IMG/VR virus record: IMGVR_UViG_3300037488_002777
Coordinates: 1 to 41,941 of that record
Direction: 5' to 3' (one strand)
DNA: 41,941 bases
Origin: a virus
Taxonomy: Duplodnaviria; Caudoviricetes
Numbering within the stretch: the first letter of the stretch is position 1; every line of letters starts with the position of its first letter. Shown one piece after another: positions 27,874 to 36,682 of this stretch. The notes below the pieces were generated by a model. It did no database searches, was not told the origin of the DNA, and worked only from the letters and a program-made list of their open reading frames with translations. Position numbers and translations under genes: made by a program.

Positions 27874-28163
27874 GTAGACCCAATTTCTCCTTAGATGATT
27901 TCAAAAAATGGATGAAAGATCATGGAGATTTATCTGTCAACAATTTTGAACGAAGGTCTGTTGAAGGCACGCTAGTAGAGTCTAAAATCAGCAACCGTAA
28001 ATTAGCGGAAAAGATCATTATCGAAGAAGGAGAACTACACGACATTGTGATAGATTTCCAAGAGAATGGTGGTACTGTTGTAGAAGTTAATAATCGTAAT
28101 TTACTCGTGAGAGTGGCAACGGGACTCTTCTATATTCCCCGAAAGTATGTGGTTAGAGACTAA
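27870..28163 (+). CDS. Hypothetical protein
   Basis: ATGA overlap; SD GAGG. Confidence 0.7.
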   Translation: MSRPNFSLDDFKKWMKDHGDLSVNNFERRSVEGTLVESKISNRKLAEKIIIEEGELHDIVIDFQENGGTVVEVNNRNLLVRVATGLFYIPRKYVVRD

Positions 28164-28524
28164 TCTTCTGGACCATTGTCTTAATCACTTGTTTGACTTG
28201 TATTAGGGTGGGAGCATCTGGTGTGTACGTGGGTTCATATTCAAAAGGGTGCAAGGGGTTAGAATAATAAAGATTGCTGTAACCCCTTTTGACCATTTGG
28301 TTCTTTAAACCATCAAAGTTGGTAGCTGATTCTAGCCATGTTGTATAGTTCTGACTGTTTGCGTCAATGCTTTGTTTTAATTTATCAGTAAATGCTTGCG
28401 GGAGGTGCAGAATAGTGATATCCTTGAGTTGTGTAGCTGGGTAGCTGGATTTATTGTAAAAGACAGTGAGGAGTTTAATTCCCCGATTGTCTGTTCGTGC
28501 TAGGTAAAGGTACAGGTTGTCCAT
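28153..28524 (-). CDS. Hypothetical protein
   Basis: SD AAGGA before ATG; 123 aa. Confidence 0.65.
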   Translation of the reverse strand: MDNLYLYLARTDNRGIKLLTVFYNKSSYPATQLKDITILHLPQAFTDKLKQSIDANSQNYTTWLESATNFDGLKNQMVKRGYSNLYYSNPLHPFEYEPTYTPDAPTLIQVKQVIKTMVQKISL

Positions 28525-28651
28525 TTTTGAGTAATTCCTTAAAGAATTCTTCTAATACTATTTTAGTGTAAATGTCAGGTGGAAATTGGTTGAGGAAGAC
28601 TTGGATGGTGTTTTTCGCCTGTTCAGCTTTTAATTGATCGGAGTCCTGCAT
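28475..28651 (-). CDS. Small hypothetical protein
   Basis: AGGGG before ATG 28651 (MQDSDQ...); minus-strand TAAATA at about 28701-28706. Confidence 0.4.
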   Translation of the reverse strand: MQDSDQLKAEQAKNTIQVFLNQFPPDIYTKIVLEEFFKELLKNGQPVPLPSTNRQSGN

Positions 28652-28913
28652 GTTTCCCCTTCCTGAGTATGTCCAGGTGAAGGACACGTATTGTATTAGG
28701 TATTTAGGACAGGATAAGAGAATTATCTTTGAACTGCAAACAATTGTTCCTTTGGTTGAGCGAAAGTACGGGTTAATGGTAAGGTTAGTTTTTGGTCCGA
28801 CTGAGGAGCGTTTCTCGGGTGTTACAGAGATTTTTGACTGGCGTAGTTTGGAAAAATTATTATTAGAATCTGACTTACCAGTTCCGAATTTAAATGTAGA
28901 GTCGCATAGATAA
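28650..28913 (+). CDS. Hypothetical protein
   Basis: 87-aa ORF filling the gap; start uncertain. Confidence 0.4.
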   Translation: MFPLPEYVQVKDTYCIRYLGQDKRIIFELQTIVPLVERKYGLMVRLVFGPTEERFSGVTEIFDWRSLEKLLLESDLPVPNLNVESHR

Positions 28914-28968
28914 GTATAAGACTAAGTTCACTACACATGGCTCTTTTAGATTCACAAGGAGAATTACA

Positions 28969-29547
28969 ATGAGCGTATTTCAAGTTAAGTTGAAGTCAGC
29001 GGCCGAAGGACAATTGGACACGCAGGTCGATGCAAGTGGTAACAGCCTTCAGCGTCAAGCGTATATTATGGGACCAAAGCGTATCAATCGTCTGATGGTT
29101 GATGGCGAGCAGTTCTCAGATTGCAACTACTATAAGCAGTTCTGTACGTATAATGCTACGTCGAACCCGGAAGGTTGTGACGCGGCTGCTGCTATTCTGT
29201 TACTCGTCAGCGATGACGGGGCTCCCTACAGTAGTGTTCCTTCTGAGCAAACCTTTGCTTGGAGCACAGTAGCTGGTGGTGTTGATGCTGGTGACGCGGT
29301 ATTTGCCACGATCAAGGATTTCGCTACTGATTTCGGTAGCTACGCAGTTTCTGCGATCATTTCTAACATTAGTAACGTAGCTGCTACTATTCGTATCAAT
29401 GGAACGGCTGAATTCAGCCTCGCTTCTTTAGCGACTCAAGTATTCAACACGGGCGATCTCGTGATTAGCAAGATTGAGGCTAAAGTTACTGGAGCTGCCA
29501 AGAAAATCACCGTCTTCGCTGGTGTCAAGTCTGTCTCGAACAGCTAA
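28969..29547 (+). CDS. Putative abundant structural (decoration-type) protein
   Basis: Strong SD AAGGAG, Ala/Ser/Thr-rich, C-ending 'optimal' codons, own terminator. Confidence 0.65.
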   Translation: MSVFQVKLKSAAEGQLDTQVDASGNSLQRQAYIMGPKRINRLMVDGEQFSDCNYYKQFCTYNATSNPEGCDAAAAILLLVSDDGAPYSSVPSEQTFAWSTVAGGVDAGDAVFATIKDFATDFGSYAVSAIISNISNVAATIRINGTAEFSLASLATQVFNTGDLVISKIEAKVTGAAKKITVFAGVKSVSNS

Positions 29548-29569
29548 GTCGTTACGCCGATTAGACTAT

Positions 29570-29605
29570 GAAAGAGCCCGCTTTTTTGCGGGCTCTTTCT
29601 ATTTT
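29570..29605 (+). terminator. Intrinsic terminator
   Basis: gaaagagcccgc-tttttt-gcgggctctttc followed by tatttt. Confidence 0.88.
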
Positions 29606-29610
29606 AAGGG

Positions 29611-30582
29611 GTGAAACTACTCATGCGTAAACGCACTTACCCCGTCTTCTCTCTTAAACAATACGCAGAAAAACGCAATCGTATCCTCTTTATTCGGCAG
29701 GTTGGAGGACTTGGTGATGTTTTAATGCATTGCATGATGTTTGAAGATATCAAGAACCTTCATCCCGATCTTACCGTAGTCTGGGCTTTGCCAAAAGTCT
29801 ATTGCTGCATAGGACAAATGCACAAATACGTGGATGAGGTAGTCAATATAGATGAGGTTAATCTGAGTGATTATGTGATCTTCTACAATACCACTCATGC
29901 CTGCCGCGAACATGAGATGAAAAGGGCCCCGTACGCAGATAAGAATCGGAGTGATATCTGGGCCAATCACTGTGGTGTGTACTTGCGAAACCATCGATTT
30001 AACCTAGAATTACCCCAAGAGAACTTAGAAAACGGGCAAAGAATCCTCAATCAGATCAATTTACGTGGTCAACGTAGCATCTTACTGTCTCCAGTTTCCA
30101 GCACTATAGCTAAGGATTTAACAGACGCACACTTAGAAGCAATAAGTCTTTATGCCCGTCGCAACAATTTCTGTTTGATTGGAGTACACACTAGTCCAAT
30201 CATGAAGCTTAAAGAACTGGGTATACCTGTGGTTTATGGGTTGTCTATTCCAGATTGGATGGGATTAATTCATGCGGCAGATTATGTGGTCAGTGTTGAT
30301 ACTGCTGCGGTTCATTATGCTGGTGGCATTGGGAAACCCACGGTAGGTATTTTCACTTATGCAGATGGAAAAATTTATGGTAAGTATTATTCGAAGTTTG
30401 TTTTAGTGCAGCGGCATCGGGATGATGGGGATTGGGATTGTGGACCATGTTATAATTGGAGTCTATGTCCTAAGGAAAAGGGCTTAGTTAAGCCTTGTAT
30501 TACTGAAATTTCAGTCAAAATGTTAATTTGTGGTATTAATAATATGTTAGAAAAATACCCATTAAACACTACATTAATGTAG
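29611..30582 (+). CDS. Glycosyltransferase family 9 (heptosyltransferase-like)
   Basis: 'GGLGDVL', 'LI..AD.VVSVDT...H.A.G.GKPTVGIF', C-terminal 'C.PC.....C......C...IS'. Confidence 0.9.
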   Translation: MKLLMRKRTYPVFSLKQYAEKRNRILFIRQVGGLGDVLMHCMMFEDIKNLHPDLTVVWALPKVYCCIGQMHKYVDEVVNIDEVNLSDYVIFYNTTHACREHEMKRAPYADKNRSDIWANHCGVYLRNHRFNLELPQENLENGQRILNQINLRGQRSILLSPVSSTIAKDLTDAHLEAISLYARRNNFCLIGVHTSPIMKLKELGIPVVYGLSIPDWMGLIHAADYVVSVDTAAVHYAGGIGKPTVGIFTYADGKIYGKYYSKFVLVQRHRDDGDWDCGPCYNWSLCPKEKGLVKPCITEISVKMLICGINNMLEKYPLNTTLM

Positions 30583-30594
30583 GGGGCTAGAGCA

Positions 30595-30834
30595 TTGCAG
30601 CAATATCAACCAACTACAATCATTACAAAGCAAGGGGAGTGCGAGATTACCCTAAAATTGGAATTGAATATTAACATTAATTCCAACGGGGGAGTGAATG
30701 TCTCTGCAACCAGTATGCCCGTGACCCCGTCTGCTCGGATACCATTGCCTCCTGAGGAGGAGTCGATTAATTGGGCGATTCCCGACTTCAGGGATACTGA
30801 AAAGATTCAATTCGGTAAAAACGTGAGAGAGTGA
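30595..30834 (+). CDS. Hypothetical protein
   Basis: TTG start after AGGGGG; 79 aa. Confidence 0.55.
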   Translation: MQQYQPTTIITKQGECEITLKLELNININSNGGVNVSATSMPVTPSARIPLPPEEESINWAIPDFRDTEKIQFGKNVRE

Positions 30835-30855
30835 ATTCAAGAAAGGGAAGAAATC

Positions 30856-32985
30856 ATGGCATGTCTAGGGTTTGATGCTGGTACGTATACGCTTGTTACT
30901 TGTCAACGAGATGAACAAGGAAACTTTGTTCACAAGAAGGAAATCAACGCCTTCATCGAATTTCCCATTGAGAGCCGGTTCGTCTTCAACATGATGAAGA
31001 ACGCTGGAGTTCCGTTGATCGAGAGAAAAGACGCAGGAGTAGCATATGCTCTCGGAGAAGCAGCTTTGGACATTGCTTACACGATGAATCAGATCGAGAT
31101 TCGTCGTCCGATGAAGGATGGTTGTTTGAATCCTAAAGAACGCTCTGCACAACAGATTATGAGTATCATGATCCATTCTCTGTTGGACAACGTGAAGAAG
31201 GACCAAGATACCCTGTATTACAGCGTACCGGCTAATGCTATCAACGAGGAAACAGATGCTGATTACCATTCTAAAGTTCTAGAAGCCATATTCCGAGCAT
31301 TTAAGGATGCTAGTGGAAAAACGGTTAATCCTCATCCGATTAATGAGGGTCTGGCTTTAGTGTACGCTGAATTGGCTGAGAAGCATTGGACGGGGTTGGG
31401 GGTGAGTTGCTTGTGTCCAGGAACTAAAATTTATACAGATAAAGGTATTGTTGCTATAGAAACTGTTAAAGAAGGCGACAAAGTAATTACCCATCTTGGT
31501 AAATGGGAAGAAATAAATAAGGTTATTACTAAACAATTTAGTGGAACATGCACTAAAATCCAACTCGGAGGATATTCTAACAATGTAGAAGAATATAAAT
31601 TCGTAGATAATCATGAACTATATGTGAACAGAGATGGTGTGTGGCAATGGGTTGGATGTGAAGAAATTAAAGTTGGAGACATTGTTGGAGAACCAATCAT
31701 AAAACAAAATCGAGATGCTACTCGTCCATCGATCAATTTGTGCGAACGGATAACATGTTCAAAAACATGGAATAAAAGACAAATAGAATCTACTCCAGAT
31801 TTACAACGTTTTATTGGATATTTCTTAGGAGATGGTAGCATAAATGAAGCCGAAGGATGCATTCAAATAGATTTTGGCAAGCATGAAATTCAATTTGTTG
31901 AAGATGTACAAAAAATACTAGAGGTAAGATTCAACAAAGATTCCACAGCGATAGAAAAACAAGAATCTGTTACAAGAATTAAATGTTATAGTCGTGGTCT
32001 TGTGAATTGGATGAAAAATCACTGTTATAATGACCAAAAAGAAAAATGTTATCCGTGGACAATTGATCGTTTAACCAATTCAGAGTGCATGAATTTGCTA
32101 TGCGGAATGGTACGGTCTGATGGCACGATATCTGATGACCAAATAACTTTTGGAAACTCTAATACAAAACTGATTTTATTAGCAAAACAATTGTTCTCAA
32201 GAATCGGCTTGGCAGCCAGCATTTCATGGAGAGAACCACGATCTCATTATTTGACAAAAGAAAATAGAATGATTTATGGTAAAAAAAATGAATGGTTAGT
32301 TAGCTCTGCTGGTAAAAAGGTATCCCTATCTATTGTGGATCAATTTAATTGCCTTGATTGCGAAAGTAGTCGAATGACGGAAAAAACATTTATAGAAAAT
32401 GGATTTTGTTGCAGTAGAGTACAAGCGATTGAACATGAGGAATATGAAGGAGAGGTTTATGATTTACAGGTTCCTGGAGATCATTCATTTTCTGGCCCGT
32501 TTTTAACTATTCATAACTGCGGAGCGGGTATGGTTAATGTTTGTTTCGCTATGTATGGGTCTCCGATCTTCCAGTTTTCTATTGTGAATAGTGGTGACTG
32601 GATTGATCGTCAGGCTGCGAGAGCTACGGGGGAGACAGTTGCATTCATTAATCGTGAGAAGATGAATTTGGATTTGTCGGAGACTTCGGATGCGTTGGTG
32701 CAGCGGGCACTCAAGGCTCAGTATGAATTGATGTTACAGAAGACTTGTAATGAAATTAAAAAGGGAATGGAGAAATCAGGGAGTAAGGCTCGGACGAATG
32801 AGCCGGTCGATATTGTGATTGCGGGCGGGACGAGTTGCCCTAAGGGATTTGCCCAATTATTCACGGATACGGTTCAAAAAGCTCATTTGTCGATGGAGAT
32901 CGGTAGGGTGATCCGTCCGAAAGATCCACTGTATTCTGTGTCCAGAGGTGCGTTAATAGCCGCTGAGGCGGCTGATCAATCGTGA
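30856..32985 (+). CDS. Actin-like ATPase (volactin/MreB-superfamily), intein-containing
   Basis: Phosphate-1 'GFDAGT', connect 'INEGLA', phosphate-2 'GVS|CGAG.VN', adenosine 'IVIAGGTS.PKGF', connect-2 'DPLYSVSRGAL'; spliced length 339 aa. Confidence 0.9.
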   Translation: MACLGFDAGTYTLVTCQRDEQGNFVHKKEINAFIEFPIESRFVFNMMKNAGVPLIERKDAGVAYALGEAALDIAYTMNQIEIRRPMKDGCLNPKERSAQQIMSIMIHSLLDNVKKDQDTLYYSVPANAINEETDADYHSKVLEAIFRAFKDASGKTVNPHPINEGLALVYAELAEKHWTGLGVSCLCPGTKIYTDKGIVAIETVKEGDKVITHLGKWEEINKVITKQFSGTCTKIQLGGYSNNVEEYKFVDNHELYVNRDGVWQWVGCEEIKVGDIVGEPIIKQNRDATRPSINLCERITCSKTWNKRQIESTPDLQRFIGYFLGDGSINEAEGCIQIDFGKHEIQFVEDVQKILEVRFNKDSTAIEKQESVTRIKCYSRGLVNWMKNHCYNDQKEKCYPWTIDRLTNSECMNLLCGMVRSDGTISDDQITFGNSNTKLILLAKQLFSRIGLAASISWREPRSHYLTKENRMIYGKKNEWLVSSAGKKVSLSIVDQFNCLDCESSRMTEKTFIENGFCCSRVQAIEHEEYEGEVYDLQVPGDHSFSGPFLTIHNCGAGMVNVCFAMYGSPIFQFSIVNSGDWIDRQAARATGETVAFINREKMNLDLSETSDALVQRALKAQYELMLQKTCNEIKKGMEKSGSKARTNEPVDIVIAGGTSCPKGFAQLFTDTVQKAHLSMEIGRVIRPKDPLYSVSRGALIAAEAADQS
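31408..32517 (+). mobile_element. Intein with LAGLIDADG homing endonuclease (370 aa)
   Basis: N-terminal CLCPGT, 'VDNHEL' block B, 'IGYFLGDGS' and 'LCGMVRSDG' LAGLIDADG motifs, 'VYDLQV..DHSF', terminal HN followed by Cys+1; A-rich composition distinct from the exteins. Confidence 0.95.
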
Positions 32986-33118
32986 GAAACACGGAAATCT
33001 GTCAAGGAAAATGAAAAATTCTATCTAACTAGTAGGAGAGTTGTGCAGGGAACGTTGCCTCATGATAATATGACGTTTGTTTTGGGACGCATGTAAATTT
33101 AAGAAAGAAAGGTAAGTT

Positions 33119-33358
33119 ATGGAAGAGAAAGTTATGCACAAAGAAGTGAGTGATCTGGGTGCCGCCGCGTATTTAATGATGCACGGTTATAAAGTAGTGG
33201 GCCGTCGTGGTAAGGCTATCGTGTTCGAATGTGAACACTCTTCTATGAAACAATTAGAAACTTGTACTCTAGATTATTTGTCTAGTGAATACCACCGATT
33301 TGATTCTTGTTTGATGTCGCTCAAGAAGGTCAGTGAGTACATTCCTGATCGGTGTTAA
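33119..33358 (+). CDS. Small hypothetical protein (DUF5659-like pattern)
   Basis: 'SDLG.AAYL...G..........F'; SD AAGG. Confidence 0.65.
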   Translation: MEEKVMHKEVSDLGAAAYLMMHGYKVVGRRGKAIVFECEHSSMKQLETCTLDYLSSEYHRFDSCLMSLKKVSEYIPDRC

Positions 33359-33361
33359 TAG

Positions 33362-33802
33362 TTGATTATTTTTCCTCCTAAAAAAGAACATAATATTGTC
33401 TATGCCAGAGTAAGTTCAAGTGAAAATAAAAATAATCTTGAAACACAAGCAAGACGAGTTGTTGATTTTTGTAACGCTAAAGGCTGGATTGTACATGAGA
33501 TCATCAAAGAAACTGCAAGTGGACTCAATGATGAACGACCTAAATTGAACAAATTACTACAAGAAAAAAAAGCAACCAGAATTGTTGTTGAACACAAAGA
33601 TAGATTAACGAGGTTTGGCTTCAATTATATCAAACTGTTATACAAAGATTGTGAAATTGTAATCATTAATGAAGCCGAAGATCGAGAACAAGATCTAATG
33701 CAAGATTTCGTAAGTCTTGTCACTAGTTTTTGTGCTAGACTCTACGGCAAACGTAGAAGTAAACGAGCTACCGAAAAACTTATCAAAGAATTATCCACAT
33801 GA
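33362..33802 (+). CDS. tnpA: IS607 serine recombinase TnpA lacking the N-terminal HTH (possible pseudogene)
   Basis: 'YARVSS', 'ASGLN..RP.L', 'EHKDRLTRFGF', 'SFCARLYG.R'; in-frame TAG immediately upstream and no SD. Confidence 0.85.
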   Translation: MIIFPPKKEHNIVYARVSSSENKNNLETQARRVVDFCNAKGWIVHEIIKETASGLNDERPKLNKLLQEKKATRIVVEHKDRLTRFGFNYIKLLYKDCEIVIINEAEDREQDLMQDFVSLVTSFCARLYGKRRSKRATEKLIKELST

Positions 33803-35019
33803 TACGTTGCAATACCGTCACTATCAAATATATGAACCAAGGAAAGTTGGATACACTCACCAACTTTATTGATCGTTATTCGCAAATGGTGAATAAGTTC
33901 TGCAACATCATTTGGAATAATGGATTCGATACCCCTAAGTTACTTGACAATAAACTTTGTCAAACCATTGTCACTGAAGTAACCTCAGATTCTAGGATTA
34001 GACAATGTGCCGCCAAACAAGCAAGCAGTATCATGCGGGCAGTTACGGAAAAACGCAGGAAGCAACTTTATAAACTCAAACAACTTCAGCAAGAAGGACA
34101 GAATGTTAAATATCTTCAACGTAAGATAGAAAAAACGCCTGTCATTAAACCTGAAATCAAGCAATTGAATGTGGAACTGGACTCTAGGTTCGTTGATTTC
34201 CAAGAAGGAGACAAAGAGTTTGACCTATTTGTTAGAATCAAACAAATTGGTAACAAGGAAGAGATCATCATTCCTGTAAAGTACAATCAAGTTATCAATC
34301 GCTTACGCAAAGAAGGCGAACTCAAACCTTCTATTCGTATCAGTCATACAGGACTGACTCTTTACTTCGAGTTGCCCGATAAAACAAAAACTGGCAGCAA
34401 GCGTCTCGGTGCTGATCAAGGATTAATCACTTGTTTGACGTTGAGTGATGGACAAGTCACAGCAAAAAATAAGCATGGTTATGACTTGTCTTCCATCAAC
34501 AAAATGTTAAGCAGAAGGAAGAAAGGCAGTAAAAGCTTTCGTCAAGCACAATCTCATAGGAAAAATTATATTAATTGGAGTTTGAATCAGTTGAACTTTT
34601 TTAATGTCAAGGAGATTGCATTAGAGAAGTTATGTAATGTAAGGAAAGGTAAAAAGAGTTCGAGATATTTAAGTCATTGGACATATACGTTGATCAAGGA
34701 GAAGTTGTTTAGGCTTAGTGAAGACAAAGGTTTTGTGCTTATTGAGCAAGATAACAAGTTTCGTTCGCAACGATGTAGTTCTTGTGGCTGGACTCATAAA
34801 TCAAACAGAAAAGGTAAGACGTTCAAGTGCTTACATTGCGGTTTTGTTACTGACAGTGACTTGAATGCAGCTTCCAATCATGAGGTTATACTTGAGGGGT
34901 TAAGTCCTCAAGTGTGGCGGCAACATCTCAATAGGACTGAAGGTTTTTATTGGCAGGTTGTTGGTGACGAGCGTATAGTCCGTCATGTCCAAAAACTTGA
35001 TTATATACATTTTTCATAA
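33799..35019 (+). CDS. tnpB: TnpB RNA-guided endonuclease
   Basis: RuvC-I 'LGADQG', RuvC-II 'IALEKL', zinc ribbon 'SQRCSSCG...FKCLHCG', RuvC-III 'DSDLNAA.N'. Confidence 0.92.
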   Translation: MIRCNTVTIKYMNQGKLDTLTNFIDRYSQMVNKFCNIIWNNGFDTPKLLDNKLCQTIVTEVTSDSRIRQCAAKQASSIMRAVTEKRRKQLYKLKQLQQEGQNVKYLQRKIEKTPVIKPEIKQLNVELDSRFVDFQEGDKEFDLFVRIKQIGNKEEIIIPVKYNQVINRLRKEGELKPSIRISHTGLTLYFELPDKTKTGSKRLGADQGLITCLTLSDGQVTAKNKHGYDLSSINKMLSRRKKGSKSFRQAQSHRKNYINWSLNQLNFFNVKEIALEKLCNVRKGKKSSRYLSHWTYTLIKEKLFRLSEDKGFVLIEQDNKFRSQRCSSCGWTHKSNRKGKTFKCLHCGFVTDSDLNAASNHEVILEGLSPQVWRQHLNRTEGFYWQVVGDERIVRHVQKLDYIHFS

Positions 35020-35060
35020 TTTTCAAGAACTATATAATGCACTAAGTGAGCGAGGGAAAT

Positions 35061-36254
35061 ATGGACGAAAAAGTTTTAAAAAAGCTATTAGACGATATTG
35101 ACAAGACCGTTGACAAGTTCAAGGTAAAAGCAGCCACTCTAACTCTTAACAATCCAGTGGATGTAGATAAAAATCCACCATTATCTCCTGGCAGTTCTTC
35201 TACTGCGAAAGCTGTAACCTCTGAACCTACACCAGAAAGACCAGCCATTCTTCCCGATAGTCCCAAAGATGTAGCCCCAGAAAGGCGTGGTGGTCTCCAT
35301 AAACTACCATTGGGACATGTGGCTTATGATTCGGACAAAGTAGGAGGAACACCTCCACGAGTCCCAATGAAAACTCCTAAGTGGCGGGATACTTGGCGTT
35401 GGGAAGGCCCCGTTGGTCTTATTAAACGAGGTCTGCTCACTGGGGTTGACCCCTACGGTAAAGCGGCTGTCCATGCCCAAGAATCGAGAATTCCAAGTCT
35501 GGAAGAATACCATCACATGAAAAAATATGTGAATAATCTCGTAGAAACATCATTCCAGATCATCCCCATTCTTGAGGAAGAATCACCACTCGATCTTTTA
35601 GTTGGGGATCTAAAGAAGGAGCTACAACTGATAATCCGAACCTTTTTCGTGAATCACTATGAGAAAATTCAAAAAGAAGAGAAAGACAAAACGAAAAAAG
35701 CTCAAGATGAATTAAAGACGGTACAGGATCAGGTAAGTAAAATTGAAGGAAGACTCAAATTGGCAAATAAACGACTTAGGGAATTGTGGGCTAGTCGTAG
35801 AAAAGCTAAGACCCCTGCTGAAAAAGAAAACATTACCAAGCAAATTGATGCTACGCAAAAGACAATGGATAGGGGTAATGAGCAACTTGGAAATGTCATA
35901 GATGAATGGTTAACTACAGAAGGAATCCAGAAATTTGCGGCATTGATGAAGTTGAAGAATGGTACACTAAAAAAAGTCTCAATAGCGTTTTTAAATGCTT
36001 TTAAACGAGCTAAACGAGCTAATGTTAAAATTGAAGCACCAGATATACTAAATGCTACTTCGGAAGAACTCCAAGCCTTCACAGCTAAGGTTGATGAACT
36101 TTTGCCTAAAAAAGGTAAAGAAGCAGGGGAACCAGAAGCAGGGAAACCAGCAGGGAAACCAGCAGGGAAACCAGCAGGGAAACCAGCAGCAACAGAAAAT
36201 AACGAAGCAGATGGTACAAACTATTTAAAGGAATATCCTGCTGAGGAGAACTAA
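35061..36254 (+). CDS. Hypothetical protein (Pro-rich N-terminus, coiled coil, GKPA repeats)
   Basis: Long ORF; ATG 35061 after GAGGG (alternative GTG 35046). Confidence 0.75.
   Translation: MDEKVLKKLLDDIDKTVDKFKVKAATLTLNNPVDVDKNPPLSPGSSSTAKAVTSEPTPERPAILPDSPKDVAPERRGGLHKLPLGHVAYDSDKVGGTPPRVPMKTPKWRDTWRWEGPVGLIKRGLLTGVDPYGKAAVHAQESRIPSLEEYHHMKKYVNNLVETSFQIIPILEEESPLDLLVGDLKKELQLIIRTFFVNHYEKIQKEEKDKTKKAQDELKTVQDQVSKIEGRLKLANKRLRELWASRRKAKTPAEKENITKQIDATQKTMDRGNEQLGNVIDEWLTTEGIQKFAALMKLKNGTLKKVSIAFLNAFKRAKRANVKIEAPDILNATSEELQAFTAKVDELLPKKGKEAGEPEAGKPAGKPAGKPAGKPAATENNEADGTNYLKEYPAEEN
36138..36185 (+). repeat. 12-bp tandem repeat x4 (gcagggaaacca; AGKP)
   Basis: Directly visible, preceded by a degenerate copy. 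Confidence 0.95.
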
Positions 36255-36283
36255 GAGTATGTTGATCTTTCTCGTTTAAATTT

Positions 36284-36682
36284 ATGAAAGATTTACAATA
36301 TTTTGTTGGCAAATTATGTTCAGTGTTTACAACACCGATGAACCGGGACTTCCAAAGCGAAGCCCCACACGATTACCCCAAAGCCCTTTATAAGTACTTC
36401 ATGGGTGTCGTGGAATCTGTAAGCCCACATGGTTTATTACTCACACAAGCCAGCACAGGGCTAAAAACCTACTTCTATCACAACCAAATCGTAGCGGTTG
36501 CAGAAGAAGAGTTGCTGGACCCAAATGATCCAGAGGATGCATCTGTAATTGAAAAATTCCAGCCCGTGACCATGCCCCAATCTGTTCCCGAGATCACAGT
36601 TCCTGAAGGAAAATATATGGATGCAGATGCAATGATGAAAATAAGCCGTCAACTCAAAGAGAAATGGTCACCACCGCGATAA
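36284..36682 (+). CDS. Hypothetical protein (possible Sm/SH3-like barrel)
   Basis: 'FVGK..SV', 'G.V..V...GL.L', 'Y....I.AV' strand pattern. Confidence 0.7.
   Translation: MKDLQYFVGKLCSVFTTPMNRDFQSEAPHDYPKALYKYFMGVVESVSPHGLLLTQASTGLKTYFYHNQIVAVAEEELLDPNDPEDASVIEKFQPVTMPQSVPEITVPEGKYMDADAMMKISRQLKEKWSPPR

Larger units (their letters stand above)
33360..35040 (+). mobile_element. IS607-family element (probably left-truncated); ends approximate
   Basis: Serine recombinase tnpA overlapping tnpB by ATGA; AT-rich. Confidence 0.85.

Noticed and set aside
32986-33118. Intergenic gap as an ncRNA or riboswitch
   Set aside because: No convincing stem structure or known motif could be seen by eye.
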